Positions 44,090-53,684 of a stretch of 64,000 bases of DNA are shown here, in pieces; positions within the stretch are counted from its first letter, which is position 1, and each line of letters begins with the position of its first letter. The stretch lies in IMG/VR virus record IMGVR_UViG_3300032030_000033, positions 1 through 64,000 of that record. One strand, written 5' to 3'. Source of the stretch: a virus. Its lineage: Duplodnaviria; Caudoviricetes. The notes below the pieces were generated by a model. That model was not told the origin of the DNA and made no database searches. It saw only the letters and a list, made by a program, of their open reading frames with translations. Both the position numbers and the translations under genes were made by a program.

Positions 44090-47000
44090 TTATACAATTC
44101 TTAAAATATAACCATTAAGAACTATATTTGTTCCACTAATGTTTCCACCACTTGTGCTATCAATAGTTATACTACCAGTAGTAGAAACAGAACCATTACT
44201 CATAGCTCCAACGGTTATATCACCAGAAGCAGTAATTTCAGAGTTTGAACCGCTTAAATTTGATATATCTACATTAGTTCCGCTAAAAGAACCACCAGTT
44301 GCGCTACTAACAGTTATGTCACCAGAAGCTTCAATTGTTCCACCGCTCATTCCATTAGTAATTTCAACATTTTCACCTTCTATTTTACCACTACCGCTTA
44401 AAGTATTAATAGTAACACCAGTTCCAGATACAGAACCGCCAGACATTGCACCAGTTATACTAATTGCTCCACTTCCACTTATAGTTCCGTCAGACATAGA
44501 ACCAATAGTAACACTAGTTCCAGATGCAGAACCACCAGACATTGCACCAGTTATACTAATTGCACCAGTTCCAGTTATAGTTCCGTCAGATACAGAGCCA
44601 ATAGTAACACTAGTTCCAGATGCAGAACCACCAGACATTGCACCAGTTATACTAATTGCTCCACTTCCACTTATAGTTCCGTCAGATACAGAACCAATAG
44701 TAATGTTTTTGCTTGTTCCAGTAGTTTTAATAGTTCCGCCAGATACTTCTCCGTTTATATTAATTTCACCAGTTCCAGTTATAGTTCCGTCAGATACAGA
44801 ACCAATAGAAATGTTTTTGTTTGTTCCAGAAGTTGTAACAGAACCACCAGATACCGCTCCGTTTATACTAATTGCGCCAGTTCCAGATACAGAACCACCA
44901 GATACAGAGCCGATAGAAATACCTTTATCAGTTCCAGTAGTTGTAGCAGAACCACTAGACATAGTAGTTATATCAATTGCACCAGTTCCAGATACAGAAC
45001 CAGTTCCAGACAAAGTAGCTATACTAATGTCTTTGTCATCTCCAGAAGTTGTAGCAGAACCACCAGACATAGTAGTTATACTAATTGCACCAGTTATTTC
45101 AACATTACCACCAGAAACGTTTTGAACTGTGGCACTTCCTGCTGTTATGTCGCCGTCTGATTTAAGAGTTCCTTTAACTTCTAAATTGTTTGTTACTTCA
45201 AGAGAACCTCCGCTAATTGTTTTATCGGCAGAAGTCATAGATACACTATTAGCCTTTATATTTCCTCCAATAGTGATAGCAGAAGCGTTAGTTATTGAAC
45301 CACTTACATCGAGAGTGTCACCAGATACATTACCACCAGATACACCTTTGGCTTTTATTTCGTTAGCAATAGTAGTAGTAGCGCTAGTTATTGAACCACT
45401 TACATCGAGTGTATCACCAGATACAGAACCACCAGATATACTTCCGCCTGTTATTCCGCCAGAAACGCTAATAGAAGCATTGCTAATTGTTCCACTATTT
45501 GTAATACTAGTTGCTCCTTCAATGGTTCCACCGTTGATTGTTCCACTATTTGTAATTGCTCCAGTAATAATAATATCTGTTGGGTTTTCACTTGTTCCAA
45601 TATAACCACTACTATTGTTTGTAATTGAGTTTGCAGAAACTTCTGCAGCTTCAATTGTTCCGCTGTTTGATAATGTTTTTGTTTCGATTACGCCTTCTAT
45701 CTCTTCTGTTCCAACTACATTAATTATTGCATTCTGGTTGTTTGTTAATGAGTTTGCTGAAACTGATTCGCTCTCGATTGTTCCGTTATTTGTAATAGCT
45801 CCAGTAACACTAGTATCTCCAGTGATTGAATTTTTGTTATCTAAGCTAGCACTACTAACTTTTCCACTAATTGTTCCGTTATTTGTAATAGCTCCAGTAA
45901 CACTAGTATCTCCAGTGATTGAATTTTTGTTATCTAAGCTAGCACTACTAACTTTTCCACTAATTGTTCCGTTATTTGTAATAGCTCCAGTAATAGTAGT
46001 AGCTCCAGTGATTGAGCTTTTGTTATCCAGGCTTGCACTACCAACAGAACCACTAATTGTTCCATTATTTGTGATAGTTCCAGTAATATCAACATTACTT
46101 GTTATTTTTGCAGTTCCGCTATTGCTCAAACTAGTACCACTAACTGTTCCGCCACTAATTGTTCCATTATTTGTAATGGCTCCAGAAACAGTAACGTCTG
46201 AGTTTTCTATTTTTGCTCCTGTTCCGCTACTTGTTAAAGTGCTACCGTAAATAGTAGAACCTTTAATAGCTCCAGAAGAAGTTATTTGACCAGCTCCAGT
46301 GGCATCATTTCTTAATCCCTGTGCGTTAGTTGTTAAGTTGATTACAGAGTTTTCTTGAATTGTACCAGTTTGGCTAAGAGTTGCTGTATCACCATAGAGA
46401 GTTGTGTTTTTAATTACTCCATCAAGTACAAGATCGTTAGCGTTTACTGTTCCACCATCTATATTTTTTGCAGTAAGAGAACCAGTAATGTTAATTGTAT
46501 TGGCTTCTATCTTACCAGAAATATCAGCGTCTACTGTGTTAACTGTGTCTGCCGAAGCATTATTTGCCAATGTATCTTGAACATCTAATTTTCTTGCAAT
46601 TATATCACCAGTTGAATTTATGTTTCCAACACTAAGAGAACTTAATGTTCCAACACCAGCATTACTAATTCCGTAATTTCCAATACTAAGAGAGCTTAAT
46701 GTTCCAACACCAGCATTACTAATTCCGTAATTTCCAATTTTTAAACTTACCGCACTAACATTTCCGTTTTTATCAACAGAAGCTTTATTGTTAAAATTAA
46801 CTGCAGTATTGTATGTTAAATTAATGTTTTTAGCGTTTTCTAATGTTATATCTGAAATAAGAGAATTGCTTGCAGAACCACCAATTTTTATAGAGCCATT
46901 TTGTAATGTTCTTAATTTGATTATGCTGCTATCAATTTCTAAATAAGAATCAGATGATCCAAGTTTAGATTTAGTATTTATTTGTAGTCCATTAGAACTA

Positions 47001-50000
47001 GTTCCTAAAGTTATACCATTGTTTGCAGATATATCTATTTTTTTCTCTGTTCCTAAAACATTAACAAATGTATTTTCACCAGATTTAATTTTAATTGAGC
47101 TTTTATCTTCGGCAGGGTCACCTTCTTTTGTAGAAGCTATAATTGTATTATCTCCGATAGTTGCAATTATAGCTTCATCTTTAAGCTCAATTTTTGAAGT
47201 ATCTGTATTAAAAATGTTAACGCCATGTGTTGTATTATCAGTATTTGTTTCGATGTCGATATAGCCATCTTTATTTGAAAGCTTTGCTAAGTTTTTATTA
47301 AGATTAATTTCTGATTTACTTCCACCTTCGTTTATACCAATTTTTCCAGTGGTATTTGTAAGTTCAATAGAACTAGCATTTGTAGCTCCACTGTCTTGTG
47401 ATTTTATTGTTATTTGGTTTCTTGATGTTAAACTAACAGTAGTTTTGCTTAAATCCAAAACATTGTTTGTAGCAGTTATTTTGAAACTATTTCCAGCAAT
47501 AGTAGAATCACCAGCTTTTGTTGCTTTTAGGGCTCCATTAAGGGTTAAGCTTTCAGTATTATCTGCACCATAAATTATTAATTTTGCTGTTCCGTTTCCA
47601 TTAGCGTTTCCGCTGTTATCTCCAATATAAACATTACCGTCTAACCAAGTTTTTCCGTGGAAATCAAAATCTGTATAAAGATTGCTACCACTTGCTGCTT
47701 TATTTTTTCCCCAGAATATAGCTTTTATTGGCAAATAATTAGCGTCAGAAGCAGTTGCTTTTGATTTTGCTAAAAGATAAGAGTTATCATTATTTGTAGC
47801 CAAATGACCAAATACAACATCACCAGAGAATTGCGAAGCTCCATTTATATAAAAACTTGGAGATTCGTTTTCGTTTTCAAGAAGGCTTCCAGTAGCCATA
47901 GAAGTATTAATTAAATTAACACTACCAATAGATAATCTTCTTTTAATCCATTGTGTTCCATAAAGCATTAAGTCAGAAGTATCTATATTAGCATTATCAG
48001 AATCCTTACCAAAAACCACCTTTCCAGATTCAACGCTTAACGCTGTGTTGTTTCTTGGTAATCTATTATCAGAAATAAAGTAATTATCTGTTATAATACT
48101 ATCTATATATTTATCGTTTGTAGGCAAACAAACAGTTTTATTTACAGAGTTATAATCAAAGTTATTATAATTTTTATTTTTAATAATTAATGCTTTGTTG
48201 AAAGTTGCGTTTTCTGTAAATTTAGAGTTTTCATCAAGTGTTATATCTCCAGAAAGATATGAACGTCCATTAACTCTAAACATATATAGAGAGTCGGCAG
48301 AGTTTACTTTGCTTCCATTTTCGATAGGGCTAAACTCTTCATTATATCTTTTATAGTCATCTGCTTTATTAGGTGTTGGAACGCCGCTTGAATTCTCAGC
48401 GTTTGAAATTGATGAGGCAGATTTATCAACTACAAGTTCTCCATTTAAAACAGATTGTCCTTTTACAACCAAAGCCGAATTATCTTCGGTTGAAGAATCA
48501 GAATGACAATTTATAAATGCCTGTCTTTTAACCCATAATTTCTTTCTAATTTCTGTTCCTTGTGGTTTCATATAAACCAAGGCACCGTTAGTATTGCTCT
48601 CTGTGTTGGTGTTAGTAGATGGAGCAGAATTTTCAGCCCTGCTTAATACAAAAGAGATACCACTAGTATTATTAGAAAAAATAGTGTTCATCTTATTTGC
48701 TGTTGAGTTTGCAAAGTTTATAGTAGAAAGATTTTTTCTAGTTGTAGTATCTCTATTAATATATATAGAAGAAACATTATATATATTAGAGTTTCCAAGA
48801 TTCAAAGCACCTTTTGTAAGACTATCATCATTAGAAACGTCTGTGCTTCTGTCTGCTAAATAAATACTTCCAAAGTATCCATTTTTGATAAATGAATTAA
48901 GCCATCTACCTTCTGAATCTATTGAATCATCTGTTGTGTTTGTATAGAATCTACTATTTTTACCAGAACCTAAATTATATATTTCATCATATGAAGGGTT
49001 CTGAGAGCCATATAACTTAAAGATTTTCTTAACATGGTTATTTCCATCAGAAGTTGTTCCGTTTCTAATAGTTAATGTTTCTAATGGAGTAGAACTATTT
49101 GATTCAGATAATCTAAGATGGAAAAATCTATTAGAACTATCACCATTAAAGGCAATATTACCAACATAAGTATCACCCTCTGCTGAACCAGTTAGTGCTT
49201 TGTTGCTTGCATTTGCTTTACTATTTCCAATGGTAAAAAGTATAGAACTTTCGCTGCTAGTATTTAAATCCCCAATTTTTCTTATAACTAACTGACCATT
49301 ATTCTTACTTCTGATTCTTGTTATTCCAAGAATGTCAACCATGTTTGTATCATAATCGTGAGTATTTCTTATGTTAATTCTGTTAGTTTTATAATCTAAA
49401 TTTTCAGTTCCATCATTATTGACATTAAAAGTATATATGTTAATATTACCCTTAGAAGCGGAAATATCTAATGGTTTATTAGGTGTGTTAGAAAATAATT
49501 TTACACCTTTATTTGTATCAATTATCAATCCTTGATTTGTAAAATCATTATGATAAGTGTAAGATATATTGCCAGTTTCTAGATTTTTTACAGGAGTAGA
49601 TTCCTCAAAAAAATCAGATGGTGTATCACCTTTTTTTGAATCGGACCAACTGTTTGTTTGTGGGTTAGTGTTACCAGTTTTGTCATTTTTAACGTCTGTG
49701 ATTCTTACAATTGGTGATGTAATTCTTGTTTGGTTATTAGAGCTTTCTTCATGGTCTTCGGTAATTTCAAAACTTCTCGAAGGATTGTTGATAGAGTCTC
49801 TAATGTTGATATAATTAATTAAATCAGTTCTTGTGTTTGACTCTAATGTATTTAATTCTGCTCTTTTGGTAGAAATTAATCTTCTATCCATTATATCATA
49901 TACAGGTAAAGAATCTAAAATTTCAATTCTGTTAGGAACTTTATTTTCTTTTTTAAATACATAAGCAATCAAAGGGAACATTGTTTCTCTGTTATACTCA

Positions 50001-51520
50001 GGTGAAGAATTTAAAATAGAATTTATGTCAAGTTCTGAAAGTTTTTTATTATTTATTTTATAGTCAGAAATTCTACCCTCTCCATCTAAAACATAAGAAA
50101 TGTCAAAAGGTGTAGTTACAAGTTTATATTTACCTGTTTTATCATAACTTTCTTTTAGTTTGTTGTTGCTATCTGCTTCTGTGTCATAAACCAAAACGTT
50201 TAATTTATCATCATTTAAAATAGCTACAGTTGGCTCAAGAGAAACGTAATTATTTAAAGTTTCTGTTTTTGTCAAGTAAGAATTAAAATAATTAACAAAG
50301 GCATTAGTTGTTTGAAATATGTTATCATAATAACGCTGTTCTGTTTTGCTAGTTGCTGGTATGCTCTCTATTCTTGCTCCATTATTGTTACCCATTAAAT
50401 CATAAGCAAAACCATCGTCTAATCTAATTGTGATTTTGTAATTATTTGTTTCTTTTGAGCTTGTAGATTTACAAATTAATTTAACACCACTTTTAATTTC
50501 TTCACCAATAGTTGTTGTAAACATTTCTGCTTGTAAAGTTTTACAGTTTGTGTTAACCTCTGTAAACAACAGCTGATTTATTGTCTCTGAAGAAGCATTA
50601 CCTTTTATAGAAAATTGAAAATTTTCTATTGTTTTATTGTTATCAAAAACAGTAATGTTATATGTATGATGCAAGTATTCTTGCCCCTCTACATTAGAAT
50701 TGATTTCTTCAAGAACAAATTTCCAAGAAGAGTTTTCTGATTTGTTAGGGAGCCAAGTTATTTCATCTTCACCAGAAGTAGATCTTACAACATTAATATA
50801 ATAACCAATACGATGTCTTATATTTCCGTTTTCATCTTTCTCATAAACAATGTTTCCTTCTTCATCTCTTTCGTATTTATATGTGACAGAGTCTTCTTCC
50901 ATTTCATACTCTGGGTTACCAAAAGAATCATATTTTTGAAAGCCAGTTTCTTCATCAAGAACTGGGATTCTTTTAGCTGCAGGAATCATATCATAATAAA
51001 CTTTGATGTCATTCGAAAGATCTGATAAGTCTAATTGTATAAGGTTAGCTAATTGTCTTTCATACAAGCCAATGTTAGGTTGATTATTTACAACATAACT
51101 GTGCCAATCGTCTTGTGTAAAATTAGATTTATTTAGTTTATCTTTGTAGTCAAACTCACCCTTTTTAGAAAAAGGATTGCCATTGTTAGAACCGTCTTCA
51201 CTGTCTTCTTTTATACGTCCGAATAAAAACCCCAAAGGAATTCTTAAGTAATAATTATTTATGTTGTTCTTATAAGAACCAACTGATGAAAATTTATCGT
51301 AAAATTCTTCCAAAACATCTGGGATAATTCCAGAATAGTTTCCATAAACTGTTTTTGAAAGTGTTTGAAGTAAGTTATATATTTCTTCTTGATTTTCGTA
51401 TAAATTATTTATAGGTCTATTAATTGTTCTGGCTGATATAGAATCATTAGATACAGTAAACTCAGTTCCTAAACCATCTTCATATTCGTCAACTGAATTG
51501 CCATAACTTTTGTATTTCAT
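44090..51520 (-). CDS. Long tail fibre / tail spike protein
   Basis: Start set to MKYKS (GAAGGAG SD); N-terminal INRPINNLYEN fibre-attachment-like motif; C-terminal ~900 aa of G/S/T/I beta-repeats. Confidence 0.75.
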   Translation of the reverse strand: MKYKSYGNSVDEYEDGLGTEFTVSNDSISARTINRPINNLYENQEEIYNLLQTLSKTVYGNYSGIIPDVLEEFYDKFSSVGSYKNNINNYYLRIPLGFLFGRIKEDSEDGSNNGNPFSKKGEFDYKDKLNKSNFTQDDWHSYVVNNQPNIGLYERQLANLIQLDLSDLSNDIKVYYDMIPAAKRIPVLDEETGFQKYDSFGNPEYEMEEDSVTYKYERDEEGNIVYEKDENGNIRHRIGYYINVVRSTSGEDEITWLPNKSENSSWKFVLEEINSNVEGQEYLHHTYNITVFDNNKTIENFQFSIKGNASSETINQLLFTEVNTNCKTLQAEMFTTTIGEEIKSGVKLICKSTSSKETNNYKITIRLDDGFAYDLMGNNNGARIESIPATSKTEQRYYDNIFQTTNAFVNYFNSYLTKTETLNNYVSLEPTVAILNDDKLNVLVYDTEADSNNKLKESYDKTGKYKLVTTPFDISYVLDGEGRISDYKINNKKLSELDINSILNSSPEYNRETMFPLIAYVFKKENKVPNRIEILDSLPVYDIMDRRLISTKRAELNTLESNTRTDLINYINIRDSINNPSRSFEITEDHEESSNNQTRITSPIVRITDVKNDKTGNTNPQTNSWSDSKKGDTPSDFFEESTPVKNLETGNISYTYHNDFTNQGLIIDTNKGVKLFSNTPNKPLDISASKGNINIYTFNVNNDGTENLDYKTNRINIRNTHDYDTNMVDILGITRIRSKNNGQLVIRKIGDLNTSSESSILFTIGNSKANASNKALTGSAEGDTYVGNIAFNGDSSNRFFHLRLSESNSSTPLETLTIRNGTTSDGNNHVKKIFKLYGSQNPSYDEIYNLGSGKNSRFYTNTTDDSIDSEGRWLNSFIKNGYFGSIYLADRSTDVSNDDSLTKGALNLGNSNIYNVSSIYINRDTTTRKNLSTINFANSTANKMNTIFSNNTSGISFVLSRAENSAPSTNTNTESNTNGALVYMKPQGTEIRKKLWVKRQAFINCHSDSSTEDNSALVVKGQSVLNGELVVDKSASSISNAENSSGVPTPNKADDYKRYNEEFSPIENGSKVNSADSLYMFRVNGRSYLSGDITLDENSKFTENATFNKALIIKNKNYNNFDYNSVNKTVCLPTNDKYIDSIITDNYFISDNRLPRNNTALSVESGKVVFGKDSDNANIDTSDLMLYGTQWIKRRLSIGSVNLINTSMATGSLLENENESPSFYINGASQFSGDVVFGHLATNNDNSYLLAKSKATASDANYLPIKAIFWGKNKAASGSNLYTDFDFHGKTWLDGNVYIGDNSGNANGNGTAKLIIYGADNTESLTLNGALKATKAGDSTIAGNSFKITATNNVLDLSKTTVSLTSRNQITIKSQDSGATNASSIELTNTTGKIGINEGGSKSEINLNKNLAKLSNKDGYIDIETNTDNTTHGVNIFNTDTSKIELKDEAIIATIGDNTIIASTKEGDPAEDKSSIKIKSGENTFVNVLGTEKKIDISANNGITLGTSSNGLQINTKSKLGSSDSYLEIDSSIIKLRTLQNGSIKIGGSASNSLISDITLENAKNINLTYNTAVNFNNKASVDKNGNVSAVSLKIGNYGISNAGVGTLSSLSIGNYGISNAGVGTLSSLSVGNINSTGDIIARKLDVQDTLANNASADTVNTVDADISGKIEANTINITGSLTAKNIDGGTVNANDLVLDGVIKNTTLYGDTATLSQTGTIQENSVINLTTNAQGLRNDATGAGQITSSGAIKGSTIYGSTLTSSGTGAKIENSDVTVSGAITNNGTISGGTVSGTSLSNSGTAKITSNVDITGTITNNGTISGSVGSASLDNKSSITGATTITGAITNNGTISGKVSSASLDNKNSITGDTSVTGAITNNGTISGKVSSASLDNKNSITGDTSVTGAITNNGTIESESVSANSLTNNQNAIINVVGTEEIEGVIETKTLSNSGTIEAAEVSANSITNNSSGYIGTSENPTDIIITGAITNSGTINGGTIEGATSITNSGTISNASISVSGGITGGSISGGSVSGDTLDVSGSITSATTTIANEIKAKGVSGGNVSGDTLDVSGSITNASAITIGGNIKANSVSMTSADKTISGGSLEVTNNLEVKGTLKSDGDITAGSATVQNVSGGNVEITGAISITTMSGGSATTSGDDKDISIATLSGTGSVSGTGAIDITTMSSGSATTTGTDKGISIGSVSGGSVSGTGAISINGAVSGGSVTTSGTNKNISIGSVSDGTITGTGEININGEVSGGTIKTTGTSKNITIGSVSDGTISGSGAISITGAMSGGSASGTSVTIGSVSDGTITGTGAISITGAMSGGSASGTSVTIGSMSDGTISGSGAISITGAMSGGSVSGTGVTINTLSGSGKIEGENVEITNGMSGGTIEASGDITVSSATGGSFSGTNVDISNLSGSNSEITASGDITVGAMSNGSVSTTGSITIDSTSGGNISGTNIVLNGYILRIV
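44441..44700. repeat. 96-bp (32-aa) tandem repeats in tail fibre
   Basis: agacattgcaccagttatactaattgc recurs at 44441, 44537, 44633. Confidence 0.85.
45779..46070. repeat. 93-bp (31-aa) tandem repeats in tail fibre
   Basis: ttccgttatttgtaatagctccagtaa at 45781, 45874, 45967; first two units identical. Confidence 0.85.
46630..46738. repeat. 54-bp (18-aa) tandem repeat IGNYGISNAGVGTLSSLS
   Basis: cttaatgttccaacaccagcattactaattccgtaatttccaat at 46641 and 46695. Confidence 0.85.
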
Positions 51521-51545
51521 TTTTACTCCTTCTCTAATATATAAA

Positions 51546-51552
51546 TTAACTT
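51546..51552 (-). promoter_or_regulatory. Putative late promoter AAGTTAA for tail fibre
   Basis: Between terminator and SD. Confidence 0.7.
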
Positions 51553-51564
51553 TTACAAACAAAT

Positions 51565-51592
51565 AAAGCCAGGGTGAAACGCCCTGGCTTTT
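51565..51592 (-). terminator. Rho-independent terminator (probably bidirectional)
   Basis: AAAGCCAGGGTG-AAA-CGCCCTGGCTTTT. Confidence 0.8.
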
Positions 51593-51617
51593 AAATATTT
51601 TTTTATTTTATTTTATT

Positions 51618-52889
51618 TTAAATTGTCAATGTCCAAGTAAGTTTTAATTCTACGTCGGCTGTTTTTTCAAAAGCCGTAATATTTTTTATTGCCAATAGCA
51701 TTCCACAAGGCATGTTTAAATAAGGGTAGCTATTTCCGTCGGCAGAACTAGTAACACCAGTTGTTAATCTTGCGTCATTAAACAAACCAATTTGCTTAAG
51801 TGTATAACCATTATACGGATAAAACTGTCCTATAGCACCATCTGCTGAGCTTTGAGAAGGAAGCGTAATACTAAAAGTAATCTTGTTTAAGTAAGAAGAA
51901 GAAGCATCTTTCGAAAGAGCTACTTCAGAACTTTGTGGATTATCCCAAGCTTCTTTTGGCTGTCCATTGTTTTGTGGTGTATTGAAATAAATAAAACAAG
52001 GTCTTCCAATACCTCTATTAACTGGCTTTAACAATCTACCACTATCACTAATTGTTGTATTTAACAAACTTGAATCGTTAACACCATCAAAGTAAGGAGT
52101 TTTAATTGCTCCAACAACACCATAGTTTTTATTCATTGTTGATGTTGTAGAGATAACGTTTGAAGAGTTGTCTGGATCATTAACTGTTCTTGATTTAACA
52201 ACCATACCATTACCAGTATATATATTTTTAGATATAGAACCAGAATAAGTATTACAACCTAAATCAATATTATCATTAAAAGCTGCAGATGCTGTTGCTA
52301 AGTCTCCACCGAAACTATTAAGCATTTCTGTATACCAAGTTGCATTTGCTGTTTCGTTTTCTGTTTGTAAAGTGTTCCAAGATGAGTATTCTTTACCAGT
52401 TCCAAAAAGAACTTTTGTTGGGAACAAAGCGTATTTGTTTATATCTCCAGGAATTGCAGATTCCGAATACTTTTTTGTTATTTTTGAACTGTCAAAAAAG
52501 TATTGTTGACCATTTAAAAGATAGCCGTCAAAATTTTTACCACCTTCACCTTCAACTCCGTTAGAGTTTATTGCTGCATGATATTCTTGTGTTTCGTTTA
52601 TTTTAGAAAATGATGTACTGTCATTTCTTGAAACAGAAGAAGAAATTGTTCCAGCAATAGAATCTTGTCCCTGACTTGAAAAAACAGACCCCGTTAGCAT
52701 AACCATCATAGCATGACGCATCCAGTCAGTAACAACATTGTCACCACAATCGTGATAAATAAGCTTTTTTTCACCATTTATGGTTTTATACCCCTTAACG
52801 TCTACAAATCCTTCCATTAAAAAATTTCTTATTGGGTCTTGATTTTTATTGTCGGTATTAAAAAATTTTTTAAACTTATCTTTTAACAT
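51618..52889 (-). CDS. Baseplate / tail-fibre attachment protein
   Basis: NVVTD...FGTG...ITFSITLP...LKQIGLF...LLAIK...FEKTADVELKLTWTLTI pattern of myovirus fibre-collar/baseplate proteins. Confidence 0.65.
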   Translation of the reverse strand: MLKDKFKKFFNTDNKNQDPIRNFLMEGFVDVKGYKTINGEKKLIYHDCGDNVVTDWMRHAMMVMLTGSVFSSQGQDSIAGTISSSVSRNDSTSFSKINETQEYHAAINSNGVEGEGGKNFDGYLLNGQQYFFDSSKITKKYSESAIPGDINKYALFPTKVLFGTGKEYSSWNTLQTENETANATWYTEMLNSFGGDLATASAAFNDNIDLGCNTYSGSISKNIYTGNGMVVKSRTVNDPDNSSNVISTTSTMNKNYGVVGAIKTPYFDGVNDSSLLNTTISDSGRLLKPVNRGIGRPCFIYFNTPQNNGQPKEAWDNPQSSEVALSKDASSSYLNKITFSITLPSQSSADGAIGQFYPYNGYTLKQIGLFNDARLTTGVTSSADGNSYPYLNMPCGMLLAIKNITAFEKTADVELKLTWTLTI

Positions 52890-53053
52890 TAGTTATTCCT
52901 TATATTTGTTGTATATTCTTGCAAAACAACATTTTGAGTGTTTGCCATATTTGGATCATTCGTATCCAAATATAGCAAAACATATTTTTCTTTATTTTCT
53001 TCGTCGAGAACTTTTTTAACTTCTTTAACCTTGAATGTTTTTAATAAATTCAT
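52889..53053 (-). CDS. Small hypothetical protein, 54 aa (below ORF-track cutoff)
   Basis: Manual translation MNLLKTFKVKEVKKVLDEENKEKYVLLYLDTNDPNMANTQNVVLQEYTTNIRNN*, TAATG-coupled to next gene. Confidence 0.6.
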   Translation of the reverse strand: MNLLKTFKVKEVKKVLDEENKEKYVLLYLDTNDPNMANTQNVVLQEYTTNIRNN

Positions 53054-53065
53054 ATTAAATTAAAA

Positions 53066-53635
53066 TTAGCTAGCAGAATCAGTTTCGCTAAATGAAATAG
53101 TAACAGCTCCAAACAAGAAGTTATTGTTTGCTTGAATTGTTACACCACTACCAGAGAGCTGCCCAGTAATTACTGGAGTTCCGCTTGCAATTTTAGTAAC
53201 TGTAGGAATCTTAATATTATCAGTCGCACCAGTAAATGGCGTAATTTCTACCTCATCAGCAGCCGCAACATTTCCAAGGTCAATAACTGCAAAGTATTGA
53301 GCAATCAGAGATGAATCGTTGTTATATTTCCCACCCTGTGAATCTCCTGCTCCATTGCTTAATACATCTTTTGTATAATTATAAGAAATACTATTAATTG
53401 TTAATGTTTTATTACTATACGCAAATACATTATTTAAGTGCCCGCTAGCAGCATCCAATGAAGGGCTACCGTTACCACCACCATTAATTATAGCACTAAC
53501 TGCAGCAATGTTACTAGCATCAACAGTATCTCCTCTAATATCACTAGTTGTTAAAGCAATAACATATTTTTTATTGCTGTCCAAAAGAGTATGATCAATT
53601 CCGTTTTGATATATATTACTATTTAAATAACCCAT
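53066..53635 (-). CDS. Putative baseplate/tail structural protein
   Basis: Beta-rich, AAGGAG SD, late motif. Confidence 0.55.
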   Translation of the reverse strand: MGYLNSNIYQNGIDHTLLDSNKKYVIALTTSDIRGDTVDASNIAAVSAIINGGGNGSPSLDAASGHLNNVFAYSNKTLTINSISYNYTKDVLSNGAGDSQGGKYNNDSSLIAQYFAVIDLGNVAAADEVEITPFTGATDNIKIPTVTKIASGTPVITGQLSGSGVTIQANNNFLFGAVTISFSETDSAS

Positions 53636-53684
53636 ATCTTCTCCTTTATTTTTAACTTGTTAAGGTAAAATACTAAACTTAAGC

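Noticed and set aside
44139-46250. Long plus-strand ORFs (328, 158, 211 aa) opposite the tail fibre
   Set aside because: Antisense shadows of G/S/T/I repeat codons; no SD or promoter, P/V/I composition mirrors the sense strand
42939-51520. Diversity-generating retroelement acting on tail fibre or adhesin
   Set aside because: No reverse transcriptase and no adenine-mismatched TR/VR pair seen in this window
52945-52976. Inverted repeat ATATTTGGAT-N7-ATCCAAATAT
   Set aside because: AT-rich, inside a small CDS, single copy, no U tract; insufficient support for function
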